DNA from: an uncultured Verrucomicrobiae bacterium
GTDB lineage: Bacteria > Verrucomicrobiota > Verrucomicrobiia > Chthoniobacterales > UBA10450
NCBI GenBank assembly: GCA_963815455.1
Contig: CAWFGO010000003.1
Coordinates: forward strand, 96,001 to 160,000
DNA: 64,000 nt
Direction of reading: 5' to 3'
Numbering within the stretch: position 1 is the first letter of the stretch; each line of letters begins with the position of its first letter. A program made the translations under genes and the position numbers. The notes under the pieces are model-generated. The model saw only the letters and a list, made by a program, of their open reading frames with translations. It made no database searches and was not told the origin of the DNA. Shown piece by piece: positions 10,304 to 20,470 of this stretch.

Positions 10304-11935
10304 ATGTCTCGAACATCGACATCTTCGCCTGAAATCTTTCGCGCGCATTGTGCGGCGATCCTCAAGGAAGAAGCGCTCTTGCGCGAAGGCGGGGGCAAGG
10401 CCGGCCAGGAACGGCAGCGCAAATGGGGCCGGTTGCCGGTGCGCGAGCGCCTCGATCTCTTGCTCGACAAGAACTCTCCATTTTTCGAAATCGGACTTTG
10501 GGCCGCTTATAAGATGTATCAGCAGTGGGGGGATGTGCCCGCGGCCGGCGCGGTTGCCGGCATCGGCAACATTTCGGGCGTCGCGTGCATGATTATCGCA
10601 AACGATGCGACGGTAAAAGCGGGCGCGTTCTTTCCGCAAACGGCAAAAAAACTCATTCGTGCCCAGCGGATCGCCTTCGAATGCGCGCTGCCGATTGTTT
10701 ACCTGGTTGACTCAGCCGGCGTCTTCCTGCCGATGCAGGATGAGATTTTTCCCGATGAAGATGATTTCGGCCGAATCTTTCGCAACAACTCGGTCATCTC
10801 CGCTGCCGGTATCCCGCAATTTGCCGCGATCATGGGCAATTGCGTCGCGGGCGGCGCGTATCTGCCCGTTCTCTGCGACAAGATCTTGATGACCAAAGGA
10901 AGCGGTTTGTATCTGGCCGGACCATCGTTGGTGAAGGCGGCCATTGGCCAGATTGTTGATGCTGAAGAGCTCGGCGGCGCACAAATGCATGCCGAGATCA
11001 GCGGCACCGTAGACTTTTTCGAAGAGGATGATCCAGCGTGTCTCAAGCGCTTGCGCTCGCTGGTCGCGCTGCTGCCAGAAGCGCAGGAAACGAACGCAGC
11101 GAAGCCGGCGAAGGCGACGTCGAAGCCAGCCAGGAGTCCGGATGCTGTCTACGACTTAATCGGCTTCGAGGGCCAAAAGAGTTATGACGCGCGCGATCTG
11201 CTGGCGTCGATTGTCGATGCTGATTCTCTCGACGAATACAAGGCCGATTACGGCAAAACAATCGTGACTGCTTACGCGCGCATCGACGGGCGTCCGGTCG
11301 GCGTCGTCGCGAACCAGCGCCTGCAGGTGCGCACCAAAAAGGAAGGAATTCAAATGGGCGGTGTCATTTATCCCGACAGCGCCGACAAAGCGGCGCGTTT
11401 TGTGATGGACTGCAATCAAACCGGTTTACCGATCGTTTTCTTTCAGGACGTGACCGGATTCATGGTCGGACGCGACGCCGAGCAAAGCGGAATTATTCGC
11501 AACGGCGCGAAACTTGTGAACGCCGTGAGTAACTCAATCGTGCCGAAAATCACCGTTGTTGTCGGTGGCTCGTTTGGCGCCGGGAACTATGCAATGTGTG
11601 GAAAAGCCTATGATCCGCGGTTTCTTATCGCATGGCCCAGCGCTCGTTACGCCGTCATGGGTGCGGCCCAAGCGTCCGACACGGTGTTTTCGATCCTCGC
11701 CAAGGCCCGCGAGCGCGGCGACAAAAAAGCCTCCCCCGAAGAACTCGAAGAGCTTCGCGCCACCGTGAAGGAGAATTACGAAGAACAAACCGACATCCGT
11801 TACGGCGCGGCGCGCGGCTGGGTGGACGCCATCATCCAACCGCAGGAAACGCGCGATGTTTTGATCCGTTTGCTGCAATACGTTTCGCGCCCGATGCCGA
11901 AAGGTCATTTCCACACCGGCGTTATTCAAGTTTAG
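10304..11935 (+). CDS. Acyl-CoA carboxylase carboxyltransferase subunit (methylcrotonyl-CoA carboxylase beta-like)
   Basis: DSAGVFLP, GNCVAGGAY, QDVTGFMVG and GAGNYAMCG motifs. Confidence 0.92.
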   Translation: MSRTSTSSPEIFRAHCAAILKEEALLREGGGKAGQERQRKWGRLPVRERLDLLLDKNSPFFEIGLWAAYKMYQQWGDVPAAGAVAGIGNISGVACMIIANDATVKAGAFFPQTAKKLIRAQRIAFECALPIVYLVDSAGVFLPMQDEIFPDEDDFGRIFRNNSVISAAGIPQFAAIMGNCVAGGAYLPVLCDKILMTKGSGLYLAGPSLVKAAIGQIVDAEELGGAQMHAEISGTVDFFEEDDPACLKRLRSLVALLPEAQETNAAKPAKATSKPARSPDAVYDLIGFEGQKSYDARDLLASIVDADSLDEYKADYGKTIVTAYARIDGRPVGVVANQRLQVRTKKEGIQMGGVIYPDSADKAARFVMDCNQTGLPIVFFQDVTGFMVGRDAEQSGIIRNGAKLVNAVSNSIVPKITVVVGGSFGAGNYAMCGKAYDPRFLIAWPSARYAVMGAAQASDTVFSILAKARERGDKKASPEELEELRATVKENYEEQTDIRYGAARGWVDAIIQPQETRDVLIRLLQYVSRPMPKGHFHTGVIQV

Positions 11936-11958
11936 ATCGACAATCACTGTCGTCTCGT

Positions 11959-12723
11959 ATGCCTGTTGTCCTGGTAGAGAAACTAAGTCCACAGATCACG
12001 GTTGTGACGCTGAATCGTCCGGAGCGCCGCAACTCGCTCACACTGGAATTGCTGAACGAGCTTGGCGCGGCGATCAAAGTCGCGTCGGATCGGTCACAAG
12101 AACGAGTGATGATCTTGCGCGGAGCGGGCGCGGCGTTCTGCACTGGTCTGGACTTGAAGGAAGCGGCCGATCCGAAAAAAGCGCACGCCACGGCGGAGAT
12201 GGTTGCGAAAACCCTGGTCACGCTCAGCCAAACCCGTTTGGTTACCATCGCTGCTGTTCACGGCGCGGCTGTTGCCGGGGGCGCCGGTATCATGTCGGCA
12301 TGCGATTACGTAGTCGCCGCCAATGGGACGAAGATTGGCTATCCCGAGGTGCGTCGCGGCTTGGTGGCCGGTTTGGTGATGACGTTTCTCCGTCGCCAGG
12401 TGCGGGAACGGGACATTCGCGAATTGTTGCTCGGTGCTGAATTAATCGATGCCGAACGGGCGCGAGAGCTTGGCCTGGTGAATCGTGTCGTCGCACGTGA
12501 TGAACTAATGGGCGAGGCGCAAAAATTTGCCGATTCGGTATTGCAAGGCGCTCCCGAAGCAGTGACCCAGACGAAAAAACTGATCGAAGAGCTCTGGTCC
12601 AGCCCGGTGAAGAAAGATGTCGATCTTGCGTTGAAATATCACATGCAAGCGCGGGAATCGGACGAAGCGACCGAAGGCATCGCTGCCTTCAACGAAAAGC
12701 GCAAGCCGAATTGGACGGTGTAG
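11959..12723 (+). CDS. Enoyl-CoA hydratase/isomerase (methylglutaconyl-CoA hydratase-like)
   Basis: LNRPERRN, FCTGLDL, AGGAG and PEVRRG crotonase motifs. Confidence 0.9.
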   Translation: MPVVLVEKLSPQITVVTLNRPERRNSLTLELLNELGAAIKVASDRSQERVMILRGAGAAFCTGLDLKEAADPKKAHATAEMVAKTLVTLSQTRLVTIAAVHGAAVAGGAGIMSACDYVVAANGTKIGYPEVRRGLVAGLVMTFLRRQVRERDIRELLLGAELIDAERARELGLVNRVVARDELMGEAQKFADSVLQGAPEAVTQTKKLIEELWSSPVKKDVDLALKYHMQARESDEATEGIAAFNEKRKPNWTV

Positions 12724-12781
12724 GGGAAGCTGACAGCTTCCCGGGTGTGTGATCTGGGGAAGCTGTCAGCTTCCCCCTACA
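12719..12781. repeat. Inverted pair of GTAG-type REP palindromes (REPIN-like)
   Basis: TGTAGGGGAAGCTGACAGCTTCCC ... GGGAAGCTGTCAGCTTCCCCCTACA. Confidence 0.85.
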
Positions 12782-12802
12782 GAAACCGAATTAAACACAT
12801 CG

Positions 12803-13762
12803 ATGACATTTAGAGATCGTTGGCGCCCGCAGATCGGATGGCGCATTCCGGCCGCGTGGTTGACGCTCTGTGTTGTTTGGAGTTCGACCTGGCTCGCCAT
12901 CAAGGTGGGATTGCGCGATTTGCCACCGATCTCCTATGCCGGAATCCGCTTCCTGATCGCAATCGCTGTCTTGGTCGCCGTCTCGGTTGGTCGCGTCCGA
13001 TTATTCCCCTCGCGGCGCTCCGATTACGGGCCGCTTGCTGTCACAGGCATTCTCATGTTTGGCGTGAACTACGGATTGCTGTTTTGGGGCGAACTCCATG
13101 TTTCGTCCGGGCTGGCGGCGGTGCTTCAGGCGACCATCCCAATCTTCGGCATGGTGTTTGCCCATTGGATGCTTCCCGCGGAACCGATCCGGCTCCGGAA
13201 GTTCGCCGGCTCGCTTATTGCGCTCGGAGGCGTAGCCATGATTTGCGCGCGGCTTTTGAGTTTCAGCGGGGTAATGGCGTTCTGGGGCGCGCTGGGCATT
13301 GTGGCCGGGGCGGCGGGCGCGGCGTTCTCCAACGTGGTCCTCAAACGCCGTGCAATTCAGTTGGCCCCGAGCATGATCGCGGCCTGGCAAATGATTTTCG
13401 GCGCGCTGCCCTTGCTCGCGATCGGTTTTGCCTGGGAAGGAAATCCGCTTCGCTTCCACTGGAGCTCGATGTCGATCTTCTGTTTGCTTTACCTCGCCAT
13501 CATCGGTTCGGCACTTACCTTTCTCCTTCTCTACTGGCTGCTGCCTCGAATGACGGTAACAAATTTACAAACCATCGCTCTCATTACGCCGCCGGGCGCC
13601 GTCATGCTCGGTTGGTTGATCGGCGGCGAACAATTTCCGCTCTGGTCGTTGTTCGGCGCCGGTCTCGTGCTGGTCGGTGTGTGGATGATCTTTCGAAGGA
13701 CGAAAACATCCAGGCGAGCGGAGCCAGAACCCGGAACCGCCGTCGCCGTGCCGCGCGCCTAG
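12803..13762 (+). CDS. EamA/DMT family transporter
   Basis: WSSTWLAIK; about ten hydrophobic helices in two repeats. Confidence 0.9.
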   Translation: MTFRDRWRPQIGWRIPAAWLTLCVVWSSTWLAIKVGLRDLPPISYAGIRFLIAIAVLVAVSVGRVRLFPSRRSDYGPLAVTGILMFGVNYGLLFWGELHVSSGLAAVLQATIPIFGMVFAHWMLPAEPIRLRKFAGSLIALGGVAMICARLLSFSGVMAFWGALGIVAGAAGAAFSNVVLKRRAIQLAPSMIAAWQMIFGALPLLAIGFAWEGNPLRFHWSSMSIFCLLYLAIIGSALTFLLLYWLLPRMTVTNLQTIALITPPGAVMLGWLIGGEQFPLWSLFGAGLVLVGVWMIFRRTKTSRRAEPEPGTAVAVPRA

Positions 13763-16700
13763 GATTTTGACGCGACCGCGCGTTTTTCGGCAGTCGGAAT
13801 TGTAAAGCTCTCGATTTCTTTGCGGATCTCGTTGGCGAAACTGGCCGCGCCGGCGCCGTTGACCACGCGATGATCGAACGTGAGTGAAAGAGTGATCACC
13901 TCGGCCGTTTCGTTCTTCTTCCCGTTTGGGATCAATTCGCGGTGCGCGGTACCCACGAACAATGTGCCTACCGACGGCGGCACCACGATCGGCGCGCCCG
14001 CCTTTACGCCGAACGCGCCAAGGCTGGTGATCACGACCGGCGCATTCATTGCCGCAACGTTTCCCGCGCGGGTGGCCTCAATCGTTTCATTGTAGATCTT
14101 CATGAACTCTGGCCAGCTTTTTTGGTTCGCATCGACAATCACCGCCGTGGCCAATCGATCGCCTTCGAGCGCGACCGCAATGCCGAGATCGAAGTTTTCA
14201 TTTTCGACAATGCGATCGTCCTCAAGAATCAAGCGCCGGAACGGCGCGTGTTTTTCCATCGCCCGCAAAACCGACCAGGCAATCATAACGCTCGGGGACG
14301 CCGCATTTTTTCCATTTTTCTTTTTCGCCGATTCGCGCGCCCTACGAATGGCATCCCAGCGCGCGTCGATCTGCAGATTGGCCGGAATCACGCGGCTGAG
14401 TTTCCGCGTGATCGTGGGCGAAAGCGCCGGCTCGGTGTAGTGGCGCGTGTCCTCACGCGCAGGCTCCGCTGCCTTGCGGCTGGGCACAGCCGCCCCTACA
14501 ACATCCGAGGAAGTTTCCCCAGTCAAAATCGTCCCCAGCTCTTGGCCGATCTCGACGGTGTCGCCCACCTTCGTTTTCCACTCTCCCATCACGCCAGCGA
14601 ACGAGGACTGAATTGGATAAACCGCCTTGTCCGTCTCGACTTCGCATAAATCATCATCCAACGCGACCGGATCGCCCGGCTTCTTCGAGAGCGAAACGAT
14701 TTTCGCGCTGCGAATTCCTTCGCCCATGATTGGCACGGTGATCGGTTGTGTGCCGGCTGTAGCCGAGGGCGTTGACCTCGGCTGAGAAAGCGCTGCTTCA
14801 CGGATCGGTCCGCCGGGGTCAACGACCGCGGCTACAATTGTGCGCTCACTTTTTGTCGCAACCGAACGCCGGATTGCCGCGACGATGCGCTCCACATCCG
14901 GCAGCGCCGCGTATTCATAAATCGGATTGTATCCGATCATGACATTTCCCTTACTCACTAAAATCGGCGGACTGACCATCGTGTTCCAGAGCTCGGGATT
15001 ACTGGCGAGATGAGAAATAATCATTTGCCCGACGCTGCATTGTTCGGTGTCTTCTTGAACAACAACGAGCCGGCCAGTCTTTCGAACAGATTCTTCGATT
15101 GTCGCATGGTCCCATGGGATGATTGAGCGCAAGTCGATTAACTCGACGCTCGCTTCATTGTCGATCTTCGCCACCGCTTCGAGCGATTTTTCGACCGTGT
15201 TTCCCCAGGCGACCAGCGTTACATCGGTGCCTTCACTGAATTTCCGGGCCTGGCCGAAAGGCACGGCGCGGATTGCTTCTGCAGAGTCGCGTTCCGCCCA
15301 AAGCATGTGTTTTGGAATGAGAAAAATAACCGGATCCTCGCTGTGCATCGCCGTCCAAAGCAATCCAGCGGCGTCCTCCGGCGTGCTCGGAATCACGACG
15401 GAAAGTCCCGGGTAATGAGCCAGCGCCGATTCGTTAGCCTGGCTGTGCCACAAACTGCCGCCGGGCAAATACGCCCCGTAGGGCGCGTAAATCACCGCCG
15501 GACACGTCCAGTTACCAAACGACCGCCAGCGCAAGATCGAAATGTTGGTTACCAGCTGATTAAACCCCGGGTAGATGAAGTCGATAAATTGCACTTCGAA
15601 CACCGGCCGCTTGCCGTAGGAGGCTAGACCACAGGCCACTCCCAGGATGGTCGATTCCGCCAGCGGCGAATTGAAAACCTGCCTGGGAAATTCGGTCGAA
15701 AGTTTTTGGGTGAGGCGAAACACACCGCCCTTCGGATCTTCAACATCTTCGCCACAAATGATGCGGCGCGGATCTTCTTCGAGTCCCGCTCGCAACGTCT
15801 TGTTCACGGTGTCGCCCATCCGATATTTTCCCGCCGGCAGGATTTCCGTTGTAGCCGCGGGCGTCGACCGCGGCATAGTGACTTCATCAAAAAGCTCCTT
15901 AGCCGAAGGATCCTCTGCTTTTTCCGCCTCGCGGTATTCTTGGCGAACGCGCTCCTTTATTTCGTTGTCGATCCTGGCGAATTCCTCCGCGGTAATCGCG
16001 TTTTCCGCGATGAGGTGATCTCTCCAGCACGTTAGCGGATCGAATTTTTCGAGCGCGGCGATTTCCTCGGCACTACGATAAAGCTTGTGATCATCCGTGC
16101 TGGTGTGACTGGAAAGCCGCTCCATTTTGATCCAGAAAAAGAACGGCCCGCTTCCGGCTCGAATCTTTTCGAACGCTTCCGCCGTCGCGTCATGGACCTC
16201 CTGGACATCGTTGCCATTGACCCGCCGCCAATTACTGGTCGCAAGAATATCGAGCGCGAGCGGATTGTTCTCACGGGTCGGCATGCTGATGCCGTAGGCG
16301 TTATCTTCAACCAGAAAAAGCATTGGAAGTTTTTTCTCTTTGGCAAAACAGATCGCCTCGAAAAAATCGCCCTGACGCGTCGCCGCGTCGCCGATCGTGG
16401 TCACGACCAGATTTTGTTTGCCATCCAGTTGAATTCCCCAGGCGATGCCGCAAGCGGGAAGAAGCTGCGAGCCGGTCGGCGTCGGCACGCTCCAGATGTT
16501 CAATTTTCGGTGACTATAATGCGACGGCATCTGCCGGCCGCCGCTTCCCGTGTCGCGCTTGGCAAAATATTCCAGTCCCAGTTCGCGCGTCGTCATCCCG
16601 CGACCGAGGACAAGACCGCGATCGCGATAATAGGAAACGATGTAATCATCCGGCTCCATCTGCATCGACACCGCCGCCAGGGCTTCGTGGCCCATACCCG

Positions 16701-16818
16701 ACACATGGAAATGTCCTTTCCCCTGACGATTCAGATTTTGCTCGCGCAGATCGGCATGGCGGCTCTCCAGAATCGTTCGGAGAAGGCGAAGCTTGGTTTC
16801 CTGGTTTAGCGAAGCCAT
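13759..16818 (-). CDS. Fused 2-oxoacid dehydrogenase E1alpha-E1beta-lipoyl-E2 acyltransferase
   Basis: TPP motif GDAATRQGDFFE..EDN; SPLAE (E1beta); EVETDKA lipoyl-Lys; TFDHRVVNG. Confidence 0.92.
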   Translation of the reverse strand: MASLNQETKLRLLRTILESRHADLREQNLNRQGKGHFHVSGMGHEALAAVSMQMEPDDYIVSYYRDRGLVLGRGMTTRELGLEYFAKRDTGSGGRQMPSHYSHRKLNIWSVPTPTGSQLLPACGIAWGIQLDGKQNLVVTTIGDAATRQGDFFEAICFAKEKKLPMLFLVEDNAYGISMPTRENNPLALDILATSNWRRVNGNDVQEVHDATAEAFEKIRAGSGPFFFWIKMERLSSHTSTDDHKLYRSAEEIAALEKFDPLTCWRDHLIAENAITAEEFARIDNEIKERVRQEYREAEKAEDPSAKELFDEVTMPRSTPAATTEILPAGKYRMGDTVNKTLRAGLEEDPRRIICGEDVEDPKGGVFRLTQKLSTEFPRQVFNSPLAESTILGVACGLASYGKRPVFEVQFIDFIYPGFNQLVTNISILRWRSFGNWTCPAVIYAPYGAYLPGGSLWHSQANESALAHYPGLSVVIPSTPEDAAGLLWTAMHSEDPVIFLIPKHMLWAERDSAEAIRAVPFGQARKFSEGTDVTLVAWGNTVEKSLEAVAKIDNEASVELIDLRSIIPWDHATIEESVRKTGRLVVVQEDTEQCSVGQMIISHLASNPELWNTMVSPPILVSKGNVMIGYNPIYEYAALPDVERIVAAIRRSVATKSERTIVAAVVDPGGPIREAALSQPRSTPSATAGTQPITVPIMGEGIRSAKIVSLSKKPGDPVALDDDLCEVETDKAVYPIQSSFAGVMGEWKTKVGDTVEIGQELGTILTGETSSDVVGAAVPSRKAAEPAREDTRHYTEPALSPTITRKLSRVIPANLQIDARWDAIRRARESAKKKNGKNAASPSVMIAWSVLRAMEKHAPFRRLILEDDRIVENENFDLGIAVALEGDRLATAVIVDANQKSWPEFMKIYNETIEATRAGNVAAMNAPVVITSLGAFGVKAGAPIVVPPSVGTLFVGTAHRELIPNGKKNETAEVITLSLTFDHRVVNGAGAASFANEIRKEIESFTIPTAEKRAVASKS
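14436..14500. repeat. Intragenic inverted REP pair in the lipoyl-E2 linker
   Basis: TGTAGTGGCGCGTGTCCTCACGCGC and GCGGCTGGGCACAGCCGCCCCTACA. Confidence 0.75.
14758..14836. repeat. Intragenic inverted REP pair in the E1beta-lipoyl linker
   Basis: TGTAGCCGAGGGCGTTGACCTCGGC and GCCGGGGTCAACGACCGCGGCTACA. Confidence 0.85.
15850..15874. repeat. Intragenic REP in the E1alpha-E1beta linker
   Basis: TGTAGCCGCGGGCGTCGACCGCGGC, near-identical to intergenic copies at 33680, 47534 and 54390. Confidence 0.85.
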
Positions 16819-16988
16819 ACGATGTCGATCTTATGAATAGGTCCGGCGCTGCCGGATTGCTAAAGGAAAAAGATTCGGGCACGCTTTGCAAAGCCTTTTC
16901 CGCATGATGACGATCTTAGAGCTGAGCCGGGGAGACAGGGAATATTCTGCGTGCGACCGGATTTTAGTTTAGAATCGCGCCGATCAAT

Positions 16989-18239
16989 ATGCGGCTGGTT
17001 GTTCAAAAATATGGCGGGACCTCGGTGGGGGATGCGGAACGGATTCGCAATGTCGCGCGGCGTTTGATTGAGACCCAGCGGGAGGGTTGCCGGGTGGTGG
17101 CGATTGTTTCGGCAATGGCCGGTGTGACAGATGAGCTGATCAAACTCTCGCAGGAGATGTCGATGGAGCCGGCCGAGCGCGAGCTCGACGTTTTGCTGGC
17201 CACCGGCGAGCGGGCATCGAGCGCGCTGACTGCCATGGCGGTGAATGCGCTCGGTGGCCGGGCCGTTTCGCTCTCCGGCGCGGACGCGGGCATCCTTACC
17301 GATGGAATGCATACGAAGGCGAGGATTGCCAACATCAGCCCGAAGCAGATCCTGCAACTGCTCGAAGACGATTACATCGTGATTGTGGCCGGTTTCCAGG
17401 GACAGACTGTCGAAGGTGAAACGACGACGCTCGGGCGTGGCGGTTCGGACCTAACCGCAATCGCGCTGGCCAGCGCTTTGAACGCCGATGCCTGCCAGAT
17501 TTTCACCGATGTCGATGGTGTTTTCACCTGCGATCCGCGGATCGTGACCGAGGCAAAGAAGGTAGATGAGATCGCTTATGACGAGCTGCTCGAAATGGCC
17601 GGCAGCGGGGCGAAAGTGATGCAATCGCGCGCGGTAGAGTTCGCGAAAAAATTCGGCGTCGAATTCGAAGTACGATCGAGTTTCAAAGCGGGTGGGGGAA
17701 CCATCGCAAGAGAAGAAACCCCAAGCATGGAGGACGTCGTGATTCGCGGGATCAGCCTGGCCCGGAACCAGGCGAAACTGACGATCGCATCGATCCCGGA
17801 CAAACCGGGCATCGCCGGGCGGATTTTTTCCGATGTCGCCGCGGCGCATATCGTGGTGGACATGATCGTCCAAAACGCATCGATCAGCGGCACAACCGAT
17901 ATTTCATTCACAATTCACGAAGACGATCTGGAAGACGCTCGCAAGATCTTGATGCCAATCGTAAGTGAAATCGGCGGGACCCGATTGAACACCGCCAGCG
18001 CGGCCGCCAAGCTGAGCGTCGTGGGCATCGGAATGCGGTCGCACTCGGGCGTGGCGGCGCGAATGTTCGAATGCCTGGGCAAAGGCGGGATCAACATTCA
18101 GCTGGTCTCAACATCCGAGATCAAAATCGCGGTCATCATCGACGAGAAAGACGCCGAACGCGCCGCTCAGCTAATTCACGCCGAGTTTGGTCTGGCGAAA
18201 CTGATGCCCGCCGCGAGGGCGACGCAGCCGTTGGGTTGA
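16989..18239 (+). CDS. lysC: Aspartate kinase
   Basis: KYGGTSV, TTLGRGGSD and TDVDGV motifs; two ACT domains. Confidence 0.96.
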   Translation: MRLVVQKYGGTSVGDAERIRNVARRLIETQREGCRVVAIVSAMAGVTDELIKLSQEMSMEPAERELDVLLATGERASSALTAMAVNALGGRAVSLSGADAGILTDGMHTKARIANISPKQILQLLEDDYIVIVAGFQGQTVEGETTTLGRGGSDLTAIALASALNADACQIFTDVDGVFTCDPRIVTEAKKVDEIAYDELLEMAGSGAKVMQSRAVEFAKKFGVEFEVRSSFKAGGGTIAREETPSMEDVVIRGISLARNQAKLTIASIPDKPGIAGRIFSDVAAAHIVVDMIVQNASISGTTDISFTIHEDDLEDARKILMPIVSEIGGTRLNTASAAAKLSVVGIGMRSHSGVAARMFECLGKGGINIQLVSTSEIKIAVIIDEKDAERAAQLIHAEFGLAKLMPAARATQPLG

Positions 18240-18254
18240 AAAGGCGCGGTCGCC

Positions 18255-18881
18255 CTACTTCTCGCGCACAGGATCGACAAAGAAATCCGGCATTCCCTCG
18301 ATACGCATCTTGTAACCGAACTGCGTATGAAAAACCGCCGCAGCCGGACGATCCTTCACGCGTGGCGTGAAGCGATCCTCTTTGTTGGCCTGTTTCCATT
18401 TCGTGCCGTCTTCGAGCCGAACAACCGTGCGGCCTGTCAGCGGGATCATCGTGCCATCTACCCGGCTAACGAGCGCATAATCTTTGTCCTGAAGGAATGC
18501 TTTCTTGGCAACTTCGGATTCGACCTTGGCTGATTCTACTTTCGCTTTCTCGGTGGCTTCTTCGGCCGCCTTTTTTTCCGCGGCCTGGCGCTTATTGCGC
18601 AACCACTCATCAAGATATTCGAGTTCCGCCGGAGACAACTTTTCTAACCCAGCTGCCGCTTTCTCCTCGTCGGTCATCTCCAGAATGCCCTTGGCCGGTT
18701 TGGTAGCGGCCGGTTTTTCCTTTGGGGACTCGCTGGGAGTTTCTGCCGGGGACGCGTCTTCCGCTTCCTTTACCGGCTTTTCACCAAGCGAATCCTGTCC
18801 GACGACCAAGCTGAGATTGAACCAAAAAGCGATGACCGAAACGGCAACCCACATTCGTTTGGAGATCAGCACGATTTTCAT
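18255..18881 (-). CDS. Hypothetical exported protein
   Basis: Signal-like N-terminus, charged linker and small beta-rich C-terminal domain. Confidence 0.7.
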   Translation of the reverse strand: MKIVLISKRMWVAVSVIAFWFNLSLVVGQDSLGEKPVKEAEDASPAETPSESPKEKPAATKPAKGILEMTDEEKAAAGLEKLSPAELEYLDEWLRNKRQAAEKKAAEEATEKAKVESAKVESEVAKKAFLQDKDYALVSRVDGTMIPLTGRTVVRLEDGTKWKQANKEDRFTPRVKDRPAAAVFHTQFGYKMRIEGMPDFFVDPVREK

Positions 18882-18916
18882 TGTAGCAGGCGACGCTAGC
18901 AGCAGGCGCACAAGCG

Positions 18917-19414
18917 TCAACAATCCGAAAGGCTTTTTCGCATTCGAACATGGCGGATTTGGCCGAAGAGAGTCTCGGCTGGTCCCTCAACCTGATAGCC
19001 ATGTGTTAGATAAAAATTAATGGCCTCTTCACGCGAATTCAGCACGATGCTCTTGAGTGATTGGGCCTTGGCCTGATGCTCGAGCCCTTCCAGAATTCGC
19101 CCGCCCAGACCGCACCCGCGCCACGATTCGGCAACCGCCATGTAACGAACCTGACCTTCCTCGGATGAGTTGAGATGCAGCCGGCCAACCGCAACTACGG
19201 CGTCTGACTGATCACGCAGCATTAGATGGAAACTTTGTCGATCCAAGTCATCGCGTTCGCTGCCGCGCGGCTGGTTCCATGGCTTTCTCAAAACCCGCCA
19301 GCGCAGATCGTAATACCGTTCCCAATCCAAATCGGTGACGGGTGGCGTGAGTGTAAGATTACCAGGCAATTTCGCAGGTCGGTTTCTGCCAGCGCGGTTC
19401 AGGTCATCAGTCAC
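18917..19414 (-). CDS. GNAT family N-acetyltransferase
   Basis: LRWRVLRKPW, QVRYMAV..WRGCGLG and AINFY motifs. Confidence 0.88.
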   Translation of the reverse strand: MTDDLNRAGRNRPAKLPGNLTLTPPVTDLDWERYYDLRWRVLRKPWNQPRGSERDDLDRQSFHLMLRDQSDAVVAVGRLHLNSSEEGQVRYMAVAESWRGCGLGGRILEGLEHQAKAQSLKSIVLNSREEAINFYLTHGYQVEGPAETLFGQIRHVRMRKSLSDC

Positions 19415-20376
19415 GCGATTAATTCACAAAACTTCGCCATGTCGATGTTGCCTCCGGAAATGATCGCCACGATTGGGCCGCGACCGGCTTTGCCGGTCAG
19501 CGCCGCGGCAGCTGACAACGCCCCCGCGCCTTCGGAAATAATCCGCGCCTGTTCAGCAACCAGTTTCATTGCGCGCTTCGTTTCATCGAGGCTGACGACC
19601 ATATAATCGTCCACGACCGGTTTCATCCGTTCCCACATGCGCGGGAACATGCTCCGCCCGCCGGCACCATCGACAAACGAGTATTTCCAATCTTCAAAAA
19701 CTTGCGGCGATCCCATTTTGAACGAGAGCGCGGCCGGCGCGGCCGTTTCCGGTTCGACTCCCCAAACCTTGATCTCGGGTCTCATCGCTTTAATCGCGCT
19801 GCCTACTCCGGCGATGAGCCCGCCGCCGCCGATGCTTGCGATCACTGCCACCGTGTCAGGCGCGTCTTCAAGAATTTCCAGCCCCATGGTCGCGTGACCG
19901 GTGATGAAATTCTGATCGTCGAAAGGATGAATGAAAGTGCCGTCGGCTCCGGGAAAGGCGCGATCTTCCAGCGCTTGCCAAGCGACATCATGGGGCACCG
20001 GGAAGAGCGTTGCGCCGAGCGCCTTCATTCTGTCGATCTTCGATTGAGGCGCGGTCTCGATCACGACCACGCTGCACGACACGCCGGCCTGCCGGGCGGC
20101 ATAAGCCACGCCTTGTCCGGCGTTACCGGCACTAATTGTCCAGACCCCGCGCTTGCGCTCGGCCTCGGGCAACATCGCCACCGCGTTGGCCGCGCCGCGC
20201 AGCTTATAGGAATTAATTGGTTGCAGATTCTCCAGTTTGAGCCGGATATCCGGATGATCCGGGCCCAATTCGATCCGAATCAATGGCGTGCGTACAATCG
20301 TTTTCTCGATCCGTTTGCGGGCCTCGCGTATTTCGGAAAGCTCAACAGGCCGGATCGGTTCGAGAGTGGCAGACAT
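19411..20376 (-). CDS. PLP-dependent threonine/serine dehydratase family enzyme
   Basis: SYKLRG (PLP-Lys), SAGN, GGGGL and SGGN motifs. Confidence 0.9.
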   Translation of the reverse strand: MSATLEPIRPVELSEIREARKRIEKTIVRTPLIRIELGPDHPDIRLKLENLQPINSYKLRGAANAVAMLPEAERKRGVWTISAGNAGQGVAYAARQAGVSCSVVVIETAPQSKIDRMKALGATLFPVPHDVAWQALEDRAFPGADGTFIHPFDDQNFITGHATMGLEILEDAPDTVAVIASIGGGGLIAGVGSAIKAMRPEIKVWGVEPETAAPAALSFKMGSPQVFEDWKYSFVDGAGGRSMFPRMWERMKPVVDDYMVVSLDETKRAMKLVAEQARIISEGAGALSAAAALTGKAGRGPIVAIISGGNIDMAKFCELIA

Positions 20377-20388
20377 TTAGGGCATTAC

Positions 20389-20412
20389 TGTAGAGGCGGC
20401 TGTCTCAGCCGC
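20389..20412. repeat. GTAG-type REP
   Basis: TGTAGAGGCGGCTGTCTCAGCCGC. Confidence 0.7.
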
Positions 20413-20470
20413 AATTCTCGAACGGAAAAGAATTGAACAGCTCTCGTGATGCGTGTATCTAAGCATCCGC

